64,000 nt of DNA, from the NCBI GenBank assembly GCA_964462015.1, contig CAYWXI010000026.1:233-64232 (forward strand). Direction: 5' to 3'. The position numbers were made by a program, and so were the translations under genes. Under the pieces are notes generated by a model that searched no databases, was not told the origin of the DNA, and worked only from the letters and a program-made list of their open reading frames with translations. Origin of the DNA: an uncultured Bacteroidales bacterium. GTDB taxonomy: Bacteria > Bacteroidota > Bacteroidia > Bacteroidales > JAEINX01. This document shows positions 15,938 through 25,894 of the stretch, one piece after another. The first letter of the stretch is position 1; each line of letters opens with the position of its first letter.

Positions 15938-17872
15938 ATGCCAAAAAGAGTAATTAATATACTATTGTTTATCATTGTTTTCATCGCAGGATTTAATGTA
16001 ATTGCCGATAATAATGATTCAATTGATGTTCATATTGATTCAATTAATGTTCATATTGATTCTTCGGCTATTTATTATTTTTATTCAAAACTTGATACTT
16101 CTGCGTTTTCGGAATTGCATCACATCGACACTTCTTTGATTGATTTTCAAGAAAAAGACAGAATCCAAATTGATGATAATTTTGTTTCAAGCCTCGGAAA
16201 TCTTGGTTTAGCTTCAGAAAACATTGTTTTCAAAATTAATAATGATCTAGGTTTTAACTTCGGAAATAATGCTTTCGATAATTATTTATTAACAAATAAT
16301 AAAGTCAAATATTATAAATTATACATTCCTTACACCGAATTATTCTATGAAATGGGTAAGAGGAAGGAACAATATTTCTCAGGCGTCCATAGTCAAAATC
16401 TGGCACAATATTTTAATGCAGGAATGTTTTTCAGGTTTATTCATTCTCCGGGATTATACACTCGTCAAAGAACTGATGATAAAAGTTTTGATATTAATAC
16501 AAGATTTCAAACAAAGAATGAAAGATACGGTGCCATAGTCAATTATGTTCATAATAAAATCGTCGTTGAAGAAAATGGTGGAATAAAATACGATTCTACT
16601 TTTGAACAAAATATTGAAACCGACAGGAGGTTAATAAAGGTTAATTTAGATGACGCTGAAAATCAGATAAAACAATCGGAATTTCTTTTTCAACAATATT
16701 TTTATATATCTGATAATTTATCAAAACTCAATGATTCAATTGAAAAAACAAGAAAAAGAAATCTATTTTCATTTGGAAAATTATCATATACATTCAGGTA
16801 TAAACGAAAATCAATTCTATATACCGAAGATTCACCATTAAATGATTTTTATCAAAAATATGATTTAGTTCTTGACTCAACTGCAACTTATGATTCCGTT
16901 GCAACTTCAAAGCTTGAAAATCAAATAATGTGGTCAAATGAAAATTTAAGAAATCTTAGTATCTATAAACCTTTTAATATTTATTTCGGTTTAAGACATG
17001 TAAAAATAAATTTATGGTCAGAAAACGAGCAAAATAATTATAATCAACTAATTTCTTTTGGAAACATTTCTTTTCTTGTTTTTAAGAGATTCAGACTAAG
17101 CACAGGAATGAATTATGTAGCCGGTGGTTATAACGATGGTGATTTTTCGTGGAAAGCAAAACTTGATAAAATTTTCTGGAGAGAAAAGAAACAAGTCGGA
17201 ACTTTGTCATTTACCTTGAATTATGTTTTGAAAGAACCCGGATGGTTTTTTGAACATTATTATTCTAATCATTTCAGATGGGAAAATAATTTTAACAAAC
17301 ATGGTTTTGGCTCTTTTGAAGCTTCTTTTAAAAAAAAGAATTTAAAAGCCGGAGTGGTTTTTAACAATCTGAAAAATTATGTTTATCTTGATACTATTGC
17401 GAGGCCTGCGCAATACGAAAAATCATTTAATGTTTTGAAAGCCTATATAAATAAATCATTTCTCTTCGGGAACTTTTATATTAAAAACACCTTATTGTAT
17501 CAAAATGTTTCTAACGAAAATGTCTTAAGATTGCCGAAGTTAGTTCTAAATACTACATTATCATATAATTTAAAATTGTTTAAAGGAGCTGCATATATTC
17601 AACCGGGACTTGATGTTTATTATAATACCGAATATTATGCCAATGCATATATGCCGGCCACAAGAAGTTTTTATTTGCAGAATGATATTAAAACCGGTAA
17701 TTATTTTTATGCTGACGCATTTATCAATGTAAAAATTCAGCGAACAAGATTTTTCCTAAAATACAGGCATTTTAATACTCATTTCTCAGGCTACCGTTAT
17801 TTCATGGTTCCTCATTATCCGATGCGTGATGCTGAAATAAAATTTGGTTTATCATGGATATTTCATGATTAA
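15938..17872 (+). CDS. Putative outer-membrane beta-barrel porin (large, Porin_10-like; assignment tentative)
   Basis: 644 aa with an N-terminal signal/anchor. It is Y/F/N-rich with an alternating pattern and a C-terminal ...IKFGLSWIFHD. Confidence 0.4.
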   Translation: MPKRVINILLFIIVFIAGFNVIADNNDSIDVHIDSINVHIDSSAIYYFYSKLDTSAFSELHHIDTSLIDFQEKDRIQIDDNFVSSLGNLGLASENIVFKINNDLGFNFGNNAFDNYLLTNNKVKYYKLYIPYTELFYEMGKRKEQYFSGVHSQNLAQYFNAGMFFRFIHSPGLYTRQRTDDKSFDINTRFQTKNERYGAIVNYVHNKIVVEENGGIKYDSTFEQNIETDRRLIKVNLDDAENQIKQSEFLFQQYFYISDNLSKLNDSIEKTRKRNLFSFGKLSYTFRYKRKSILYTEDSPLNDFYQKYDLVLDSTATYDSVATSKLENQIMWSNENLRNLSIYKPFNIYFGLRHVKINLWSENEQNNYNQLISFGNISFLVFKRFRLSTGMNYVAGGYNDGDFSWKAKLDKIFWREKKQVGTLSFTLNYVLKEPGWFFEHYYSNHFRWENNFNKHGFGSFEASFKKKNLKAGVVFNNLKNYVYLDTIARPAQYEKSFNVLKAYINKSFLFGNFYIKNTLLYQNVSNENVLRLPKLVLNTTLSYNLKLFKGAAYIQPGLDVYYNTEYYANAYMPATRSFYLQNDIKTGNYFYADAFINVKIQRTRFFLKYRHFNTHFSGYRYFMVPHYPMRDAEIKFGLSWIFHD

Positions 17873-18078
17873 TTTTGGCTCTCAGTCAGTAGTTTTCAGT
17901 CAACTGTCTTCAGTCAACTGTCTTCAGTCATCAGTCTTCAATCCATTACTCCATTACTCCATTAAATCCATCTGAAAATTCAAAATATTATTTATCTTAT
18001 TTCAATTACTTGTAATATAAAATTTCTATTTTTGCAAAATAATAGAGTAAATTTATTCATATTTAAATTAATAAAAAT

Positions 18079-18483
18079 ATGACAAACAGGTCTTCAAGGT
18101 TTTTTTCGACATCAATCACAAAGGATCAGGCAAAGGATAGTGGAATGGCTATTATGCTGATACTTATGTTAATTGGATTTTTTACAGAGAATGATTTATT
18201 TTACAAGATAGCAATACCTGTATTATTGATGAATATGATATACCCGATGTTTTATTATCCGTTTGCCATTTTTTGGTTTGGATTTGCAAATATGTTGGGT
18301 ACAATTGTTTCAAAAATATTGCTATCTGTTGTTTTTTTTATTATTGTTTTGCCGATAGCTTTACTAAGGCGATTGTTAGGAAAAGACTCTCTGTTATTAA
18401 AGAAATTTAAAAAATCCAATGAATCGGTCATGAAAACCCGTAACCAGACTTTCGTCGCTGCCGATTTGGAAAAACCATTTTAA
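18079..18483 (+). CDS. SxtJ-like small membrane protein
   Basis: 134 aa with 3-4 TM segments. Position immediately upstream of DUF5989 and a carbamoyltransferase matches the conserved SxtJ/DUF5989/carbamoyltransferase arrangement. Confidence 0.5.
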   Translation: MTNRSSRFFSTSITKDQAKDSGMAIMLILMLIGFFTENDLFYKIAIPVLLMNMIYPMFYYPFAIFWFGFANMLGTIVSKILLSVVFFIIVLPIALLRRLLGKDSLLLKKFKKSNESVMKTRNQTFVAADLEKPF

Positions 18484-18495
18484 AAAATATTTCAC

Positions 18496-18645
18496 ATGGA
18501 ATTTTTAAGAGATTTATGGGCATTTTTAAAAGTGCGTAAAAAATTCTGGCTATTGCCATTAATAATTGTTTTGTTAATATTCGGAGTTTTAATAGTTCTG
18601 ACAAGCGGCTCTGCTATTGCACCTTTCATTTACACCTTATTTTAA
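18496..18645 (+). CDS. DUF5989-like small membrane protein (49 aa, below the ORF-track cut-off)
   Basis: My translation is MEFLRDLWAFLKVRKKFWLLPLIIVLLIFGVLIVLTSGSAIAPFIYTLF*. It lies between the SxtJ-like gene and the carbamoyltransferase. Confidence 0.6.
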   Translation: MEFLRDLWAFLKVRKKFWLLPLIIVLLIFGVLIVLTSGSAIAPFIYTLF

Positions 18646-18746
18646 TGCTTAAATGATAGAATGCTTAAATGATAGAATGGGAAAATAACATTTATGCATT
18701 CAATCAATTTCAACAAAAAAACACAAACCATTAAAAACCACAACCT

Positions 18747-20606
18747 ATGCCGGAAGCAATCCTGGGAATATCAGCTTATTATCACGATAGCGCAGCAGCA
18801 ATTATTGTTGATGGAGAAATAATTGCAGCAGCTCACGAAGAACGTTTTACAAGAAAAAAACACGATTATTCTTTTCCTATAAATGCAGCAAAATATGTTC
18901 TTGAAGAATCAGGGATTGAATACGGTGATTTGCTTGCAATAGCTTTTTACGATAAACCATTGATAAAATTCGAGCGACTGCTTGAAACCTATCATGCCTT
19001 TGCACCAAAAGGTTTAAGAAGTTTTCTTTCGGCCATTCCGGTTTGGATAAAAGAGAAGCTTTTTATGAAAAAAATGTTGAGGGAAGAATTGCAAAAACTC
19101 GGAAAAGGAAACGTTCAGATATTATTTCCCGAACATCATCTATCGCATGCTGCCAGTGCATTCTATCCTTCACCCTTTGAAGAAGCTGCAATCCTAACAA
19201 TTGATGGCGTTGGCGAATGGGCTACTTCGACAATTTGCCATGGAAAAGGAAATAAAATTGAGATAAAAAAAGAACTCGACTTTCCCCATTCAATAGGATT
19301 ATTATATTCTACATTTACTTATTACACAGGCTTTAAAGTTAATAGCGGTGAATATAAATTAATGGGGCTGGCTCCTTACGGGAATCCCGATTCCAAACAG
19401 GTTCGTGAATATAAAGAAAAAATACTGAGTGAATTGGTTGACATTCGTGAGGATGGTTCAATACTTTTAAATATGAAGTATTTCAATTTTGCTACCGGCC
19501 TGAAAATGTCTAACGATAAAAAGTGGACAGAATTATTTGGTATTCCACCCAGATCGGAAGAATCCAAATTAACTCAGGATTATATGAATATGGCTTTAGC
19601 AATTCAGCAAATCACCGAGGATGTTGTTATTAAATTGGCCAAAACCGCAAAAGAACTTACCGGCAGTAAAAACCTTGTAATGGCAGGTGGAGTTGCTTTA
19701 AATAGTGTAGCAAACGGAAAATTGTTGGCAACCGGAATTTTTGATGATATTTGGATACAACCTGCTGCAGGAGATGCGGGTGGTGCACTTGGAGCGGCTT
19801 ATGCAGGCTGGTATATCTGGAAAGGAAAAGAACGCAAGGTCGATCCATCAACCGATTCGATGAAAGGAGCATATCTTGGCCCTGAATTCGGGAATGGTGA
19901 CATAAAAAAAGTTATAAGGAAATATAATGCAAAATATCAGTATTTTGAAGATTTCGATGATCTTACAAAAGTAGTTGCAAAACATATCGACGAAGGAAAA
20001 GTAATCGGGTGGTTCCAGGGAAGGATGGAGTACGGCCCGCGTGCTCTCGGAAATCGTAGTATTCTCGGCGATGCCCGAAGCCCGGAAATGCAGAAAAAGA
20101 TGAACCTGAAAATTAAATATCGTGAAGGATTCAGGCCTTTTGCTCCCACTGTTCTTGAAGAGGATATTCAGGAATATTTTGTTATGAATTGCCCATCTCC
20201 TTATATGTTACACGTTATTCCCGTTAAAGAAGACAGGCTTAAACCATTACCTGAAGGTTATAACGAATTGGAACTTTATGACAGATTATATCATCTTCGT
20301 TCCGATGTACCGGCAATTACGCATATTGATTTTTCAGCACGAATTCAGAGTGTTAAGCGCGAAACAAACCCAAGATACTGGAAGGTTATCAATGAATTTA
20401 AAAATCAGACCGGCTATGGTGTGATCGTAAATACAAGTTTTAATGTCAGGGGCGAACCCATTGTATGTACACCCGACGATGGCTTCCGTTGTTTTATGAG
20501 AACCGAAATGGATTATCTCGTTTTGGGTAATTATCTATTCGATAAAACGCAACAACAGGAGCTTACTCACGATTCTAATTGGAAAGAGGAGTTTAAATTG
20601 GATTAG
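18747..20606 (+). CDS. Carbamoyltransferase (NodU/CmcH family)
   Basis: 619 aa. Sequence ILGISAYYHDSAAAIIVDGEIIAAAHEERFTRKKHD...FPEHHLSHAASAF...MAGGVALNSVANG...NTSFNVRGEPIV. Confidence 0.9.
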   Translation: MPEAILGISAYYHDSAAAIIVDGEIIAAAHEERFTRKKHDYSFPINAAKYVLEESGIEYGDLLAIAFYDKPLIKFERLLETYHAFAPKGLRSFLSAIPVWIKEKLFMKKMLREELQKLGKGNVQILFPEHHLSHAASAFYPSPFEEAAILTIDGVGEWATSTICHGKGNKIEIKKELDFPHSIGLLYSTFTYYTGFKVNSGEYKLMGLAPYGNPDSKQVREYKEKILSELVDIREDGSILLNMKYFNFATGLKMSNDKKWTELFGIPPRSEESKLTQDYMNMALAIQQITEDVVIKLAKTAKELTGSKNLVMAGGVALNSVANGKLLATGIFDDIWIQPAAGDAGGALGAAYAGWYIWKGKERKVDPSTDSMKGAYLGPEFGNGDIKKVIRKYNAKYQYFEDFDDLTKVVAKHIDEGKVIGWFQGRMEYGPRALGNRSILGDARSPEMQKKMNLKIKYREGFRPFAPTVLEEDIQEYFVMNCPSPYMLHVIPVKEDRLKPLPEGYNELELYDRLYHLRSDVPAITHIDFSARIQSVKRETNPRYWKVINEFKNQTGYGVIVNTSFNVRGEPIVCTPDDGFRCFMRTEMDYLVLGNYLFDKTQQQELTHDSNWKEEFKLD

Positions 20607-20713
20607 TTCTACACTTTAATATTCTGGTTAAAGAATCTTTACAAATATTTTCATTAATATAAATTTTATTTCCTTTTCAATTTCTATTCATTTGTAAAAA
20701 ATCTAAAAATATC

Positions 20714-22004
20714 ATGAATAAATCCAATTCCCGAATAATAAACATCTCAATTTTTGTTTTTGTTTTGATATTAGGATTCATTATTGCAGAATATGCATTT
20801 CGTGCTATGTTATTTAGTGAGTATAAAGCATTTGATAATTTAAAAAATCCCGGTGATTATTGCAATTCGGATATTCATGAAGATTATTGGAAATTATTTT
20901 ATAAATTTAATGAAGAGTATAGACCACCGGAAAATCCTCATCCATTACTTGGTTGGAAGGGAGGTTTTCATCCTGAAAGTTATATTCATCATGCCTTTAG
21001 ATATTTAGGAAACAAGAAACCTGTTTTATTATTCGGCGATTCCTTTGCAAGATGTGTTGATCAATCGAAATGTTTTCAAGAAATTTTAAATAATGATGAT
21101 GAATTTACAAACGATAATTATTTGTTAAATTATGGTGTAGGTGGCTATGGTGTAGGACAAATTTCTTTGCTATCACAAAAAGTTATACCTCTTTTCAAAA
21201 ATCCTTTTGTGGTTTTCAGTCTTTTAACCTACGATCTTGATCGAAGTGTACTTTCGGTAAGAACCGGTCAAAAACCATATTATAAAATAGAAAATGACTC
21301 CCTAAAACTTTGTGGTATCCCTATAAACTCAAATCCAAAAGAGTTTTTTGATAGCAATCCGCCTGAAATTACATCATATTTATTTAATAAATTCTTATTC
21401 AGTAATTTGAACTTCCTTCCTAAAAATATAACTTCCTATCTTATAGGTGAAAAAGAGGATATAAAAAATAAAATTGAAGTAAATGAAAGTATTCTTCTTG
21501 ATGTTGTAAACAGATTAAAAAAAAAATAATATTGAATTTATTTTTGTAATATTTCATACACTAAAATGGGATATTGATAATTTTGGGAGTGAGGCAAAAA
21601 ATAACTGGAGAAATGTTTTTTTGAAGAATTTTTTAGAAAAACACAATATTCCATATATATGGACAATTGATTTAATTGAACAAGATACGCTTTATGATAA
21701 ATATGATATTCCTAAATACATTATTCCCGGTGACGGACACCCAACAACTTATTTCAATACGCTAATTGCAAATGAGATTAAACGTGCTGTTATTGAGGAT
21801 AATTATGAACACATTAAAATATTTAATAATACAGTTGAATATTACTCATACCAAATTAGAAAATCTGAAGAATGGTTGAACCTTGTCAGGAAAAAGGCTG
21901 AGGAAAGAAATATTAGTTTGGAAGAAATGATTAAAATTGATGCTAAATATTTGGTTAAGATTAATTCAAAAAAAACTGATACTAATGAAAACATGATTAA
22001 ATGA
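20714..22004 (+). pseudogene. SGNH/GDSL-like hydrolase split by a frameshift in an A10 tract (track ORFs 20714-21529 and 21621-22004)
   Basis: The N-terminal part has LLFGDSFARC (block I) and GVGGYGVGQ. After A10 (21517-21526) the other frame is open from 21519 and reads NNIEFIFVIFH...PGDGHPT (block V DxxH-like). A run of A9 would fuse the two frames. Confidence 0.55.
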
Positions 22005-22425
22005 TAAAATACTTAAATACAATATCTTCCCTAACGGTTTAATCTTTGATAATAAATGAACTGAACATTACAATATTTGATTTATTCATTTTGCGTATTA
22101 TGTTATTTTCACATTTTAGCCACAAAGTATCAGCGATTTTCTATCAATAAATTAATTTAAGATTATATCTGTTTATTTATAAATTTACAATTTTCTTAAT
22201 GATCCTGAAAAGGTTTGAATAAGTATAGTTGAGAAAAAGAAAGAAGAATATCAAAATAGTCTGTTTCCAAAAATATTAGGGGCTTACTTCTGATGTTTGA
22301 ACAAACAGATGCTGATTATCTGATGAAAAAATAAGATATTCATCGTAAAATAAATTTAACCGGATAATAATAAATATCATTTTTTATTTTATTCCCCTTT
22401 GTACCGATTTATTAAGGACTTAGAC

Positions 22426-22635
22426 TTGGGGATTGTCTTCATCCCCTTGGGGATATTGTCTATCCCCCTGGGGATATTGTCTATCCCACTGGGGATAATG
22501 TTCATCCCCCTGGGGATAATATCCGTCCCCCTGGGGATAATGTCCGTCCCCTTGGGGATATTGTTCATCCCCTTGGGGATAATGTCCGTCCCCTTGGGGA
22601 TAATGTCTGTCCCCTTGGGGATATTGATGATCCCC
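22426..22635. repeat. Tandem array of ten exact-period 21-bp units, each carrying a GGGGAT..ATCCCC-type inverted repeat
   Basis: Units are YTGGGGATAWTGTYYRTCCCC. Units 2 and 3 are GGGGATA-TTGTC-TATCCC(C/A). The array is intergenic between convergent genes and has no spacers. Confidence 0.9.
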
Positions 22636-22717
22636 CAATATGTAATGATAGAATGAGTGAATGATAGAATGATAGAATAGTGCTTTTATTCAATCATTTA
22701 AGCATTCATTCATTCTA

Positions 22718-23998
22718 TCATTGTTTGTTAATGAATAATAATTTATTGAATTGAGAAGAAATGTTCTCATAATTTATGTTGTAGAAATAAATTCCATTTG
22801 TTACAGGATTTCCATTCCAATCCCTGCCATCCCATTGCTGTGATTTTTTTCCAGCAATGTTGTATTGCCTGATGATTCTTCCCTGCATATTGTAAATATT
22901 TAATACAGGGGTTTTAAAATCACCTGGTAATGTAAATGCTATTGTTGTTTCATTCGAAAAAGGATTAGGATAATTGTAGGTTATAAAATTGGAGTTATTT
23001 TTATTCTCATGTATTGACACTGTTGAATTAATACTTTTATACAATGGGGTTGGTGAATTATTTTTGTTTACATACAGGTGTTCTTCCGGTCCTAAAATAA
23101 TGTCTTCAATATCATAGTTGCACATAGTTTCTAAGGAAATGTCTTCCCATGTTTGTCCATTATCCATCGAACGGCGCACCCCTCCCCAGTAAAAATCAAG
23201 CATTGAACAAGCGATATATATTTCATCTTGCGAATTAATAACCATTGAGGTTACTAATTCCTCATTATTTAAATTCATCCACTCCGATTGCCCATTCTGT
23301 AAAATATATACTCCCCCTGAATAAAGATAGTGATGTCCCCTTGTTCCTGCAAACAGATCGCCTGAAGAGTTTAAAGCTAATGAAGAAACATAATGATTGG
23401 TTAAACCAAAATGCTCCCATGTATCACCTCCATCTTCAGAAAGGTAAACACCTCCTCCACCGATGAAATTGATAGTGCCTGCATACAATTTCCCTGTATT
23501 AGCATCCTCAATTATAGCACTAACTACCTCCGTATTTCCAAGAGATAAAACTTGTACCCAATTTGAACCAATAGTATCAGTTTTATAAATTCCACCCCAC
23601 TTCCCAAAAATAATTGAATTATCTGAATTTCTTAAAACACTGTTAATTCCAAGCCCTTGGACATTGAATATCAGACTCCAACTTATACCATTATTATCAG
23701 AAAAATAAAGACGATCAGATGCTGCAAAAACATTGTCTGATTTATCAATATAGATTTTTCCAATAACATCATTATTAAAAAAAAGAGAAGTATCCCATGA
23801 GTTCAAATTGTTTAAGTTTCGAAGAACACCTCCTCCGGGTGAAAAGGGAACAGCAATAAATATATCTCCATTTGAATTTACTTCAATTGAATAAATGTCT
23901 ATTTCTAGTGGAGTATTAATAATTTCCCAATAATCCTGGCTGTTTACAATGTTTGTGTTTAGTATTAGAACTGTAAAAATTAGTATTAGCTTTTTCAT
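22718..23998 (-). CDS. Secreted beta-propeller (BNR/sialidase-fold-like) protein with a T9SS C-terminal sorting domain
   Basis: Has a signal peptide and repeated S.D.G..W-like motifs. The C-terminus YPNPFSNETTIAFTL...LNIYNMQGRII...NGIYFY is a type A T9SS CTD. Confidence 0.7.
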   Translation of the reverse strand: MKKLILIFTVLILNTNIVNSQDYWEIINTPLEIDIYSIEVNSNGDIFIAVPFSPGGGVLRNLNNLNSWDTSLFFNNDVIGKIYIDKSDNVFAASDRLYFSDNNGISWSLIFNVQGLGINSVLRNSDNSIIFGKWGGIYKTDTIGSNWVQVLSLGNTEVVSAIIEDANTGKLYAGTINFIGGGGVYLSEDGGDTWEHFGLTNHYVSSLALNSSGDLFAGTRGHHYLYSGGVYILQNGQSEWMNLNNEELVTSMVINSQDEIYIACSMLDFYWGGVRRSMDNGQTWEDISLETMCNYDIEDIILGPEEHLYVNKNNSPTPLYKSINSTVSIHENKNNSNFITYNYPNPFSNETTIAFTLPGDFKTPVLNIYNMQGRIIRQYNIAGKKSQQWDGRDWNGNPVTNGIYFYNINYENISSQFNKLLFINKQ

Positions 23999-24199
23999 TA
24001 TTAAAAGTTTTGTGTATTACTTTATTTTTGCAATACCATTTTTTTAAATGTGTGAATACTGCCGGCAGAAAGTTCGTAATATTAAATACCTGTTGGCAAT
24101 TCTTTAGAATTAAACTTTAATGATAGTCTAATCTCCATATATTGAAGAATTGAACATCTTTTATTTTAATATTTTTCATTTTCTGCATTATGTTTGATA

Positions 24200-24278
24200 G
24201 TCACGGTGTGAATTGTTATTTTAAAGTGCAAATTTAATTATTACAACTTCCTGTTTCATGAGTTATTCACACCGTGAC
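24200..24278. repeat. Hairpin with a 14-bp perfect stem and ~51-nt loop
   Basis: GTCACGGTGTGAAT (24200-24213) and ATTCACACCGTGAC (24265-24278), just downstream of the minus-strand stop at 24297. Confidence 0.6.
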
Positions 24279-24296
24279 TTGCCAAAAAATTATTCC

Positions 24297-25543
24297 TCAT
24301 TCCTTTGTCATTTTCATTGCCTGTATTCCCCCTCCTTCAGTTTTATAATTAATTAAATCACCATTTATGGTATAAGGGAATATTTTAAAATAATAAACTG
24401 TTGCCGGTATTAAGTTTGTAAAAGTACATTTCTCTACTCCATAAGGAATGTTTTTTGCTGTGTCACTATCAGATACAGCAACATTATCAATAGGTATTTC
24501 AATAGCTTCAAAGCTTATATCACTCATAAGTACTAAATTGGCATGAGGTAAAATCCCGTTTACAGGATCATTCCATTGCAGCTCAATATTATGTGCCGAG
24601 AAATTCTCAGGGTAATTGCTTGGTTGTGGGGATGGAGCACCATGGAAATAAGTAGTGAAAGTTTCCCCGTAATCAGAACTATAATCAATATATATAAAGG
24701 AATACTGTGTTGCATAATCATAAGTTGAGCGTTTTACAAAAAACGAGCCGGGTTGTCGTCCGGCAGTATATTGTACACCCCAATTATAAATATCGATATA
24801 CCAAGATTCAAACTTTTCCGTCCAGGTATAGCCGGTATCAGCGCTATGGAATATCTTATAATGATAATCGGGCCACCAGGAAACAAGGTAAAGTTCACCC
24901 TCTTCCGTTCCCCTGCTAATTTGAGGATATTGTCCACTTACCGACCAAAAGGCGACTGAACTGTCAATTGGGATTTCAGTATAGGTGTTTGCATAATCTA
25001 ATGAGTGATAAAGATAAAAACCTTCTCCCGCATTACCATCAATACCATAAAACTCACCATCTAAATATCCTATGTCTGAAATAGGACAATTTGGCGGGTC
25101 AGAAACAACTTCAAAAGTTAGTGCATAATCATTACTTTTATGCAATAATCCCCAACCTCCTTTATAAATTACACCTTCAAAGCCCCCCCCCAATATCTGG
25201 TATAACTTATAAAATTCTCTCTAAAGTCCCAATTCACACCATAATCAAAACTCACCCAAAGCTCATTATTACCATAGTTATATAATGCTCCGGGGGTGGC
25301 ATCTCCCAAAACTTTTCCAATTCCCATTGCTCCCCCTGTAGGAGGATCTGTTGCTTCATATTGTACAGTAAGTGTTTCTCCATTATCAGCAGAACGGAAA
25401 ATTGCTTTATGGATAATTCCGTTTTCAGTAAACCAATGGTTGTTGATATAGATTTCACCGGGTGTAGCTCCTCTTGTTATCTGGGCTTGTGGGATGCTGC
25501 CAAGCAGGCAGCATAAAATTAGAAGTAAAATTGTTTTTTTCAT
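24297..25543 (-). pseudogene. Secreted beta-propeller/FN3-like protein split by a frameshift in a G9 tract (C9 on + strand, 25183-25191)
   Basis: The N-terminal ORF 25169-25543 has a signal peptide and ends ...SYTRYWGGALKV*. The C-terminal ORF 24297-25193 begins at the same run as (L)GGGFEGVIYKGGWG. A run of G10 would give ...RYWGGGFEGVIY... in one frame. Confidence 0.55.
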
Positions 25544-25894
25544 GGTTTAATAAATTTAGTTTAGTGAAAACTTAGTGTCATTTTTGTTCACTTATTTAAA
25601 TTTTTAAACAAACATTATATTTTCTTAAAAAAACTTTGATTGTTCGATCAAATAATTTCTATTTCTCTTGAAAATACTCGCCTTTATTGTATTCTATCGA
25701 CAATCAGTACAAAGTTAAATCAATATTTTTAATATTTCCAAGAAAGATATAAAAAATATTTATTTATGAAAAATCATTAAACATTCAACACTCAACATTC
25801 AATTTTCAACGACTAAAGGGAGTCACGAAACAAAGTAAGTCCATCCATACGTACTCCTTTTAGTCGTATAGATGGATTTTCAATTCCCGCTTTT

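Noticed and set aside
17880-17975. Tandem low-complexity words after the porin gene (CAGTCAACTGTCTT x2, CCATTACT x3) and the 17-bp duplication GCTTAAATGATAGAAT x2 at 18646-18680
   Set aside because: These are short, few-copy slippage-type repeats in intergenic DNA. They are probably part of the same low-complexity terminator or hairpin style seen throughout and not distinctive enough for a separate claim.
22426-22635. Possible CRISPR array
   Set aside because: The repeats are directly abutting with no unique spacers, the unit is only 21 bp, and no cas genes are nearby.
22399-22656. Track ORFs on both strands across the 21-bp array: 85 aa of PLGI(L/M)SI repeats on +, and 72 aa of YPQGDGH repeats on - (22420-22638)
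   Set aside because: Both frames are open only because 21 bp equals 7 codons and the unit lacks stops. The + ORF has a TTG start. Composition is pure repeat and open frames occur on both strands. I treat it as non-coding DNA repeat, with modest residual doubt.
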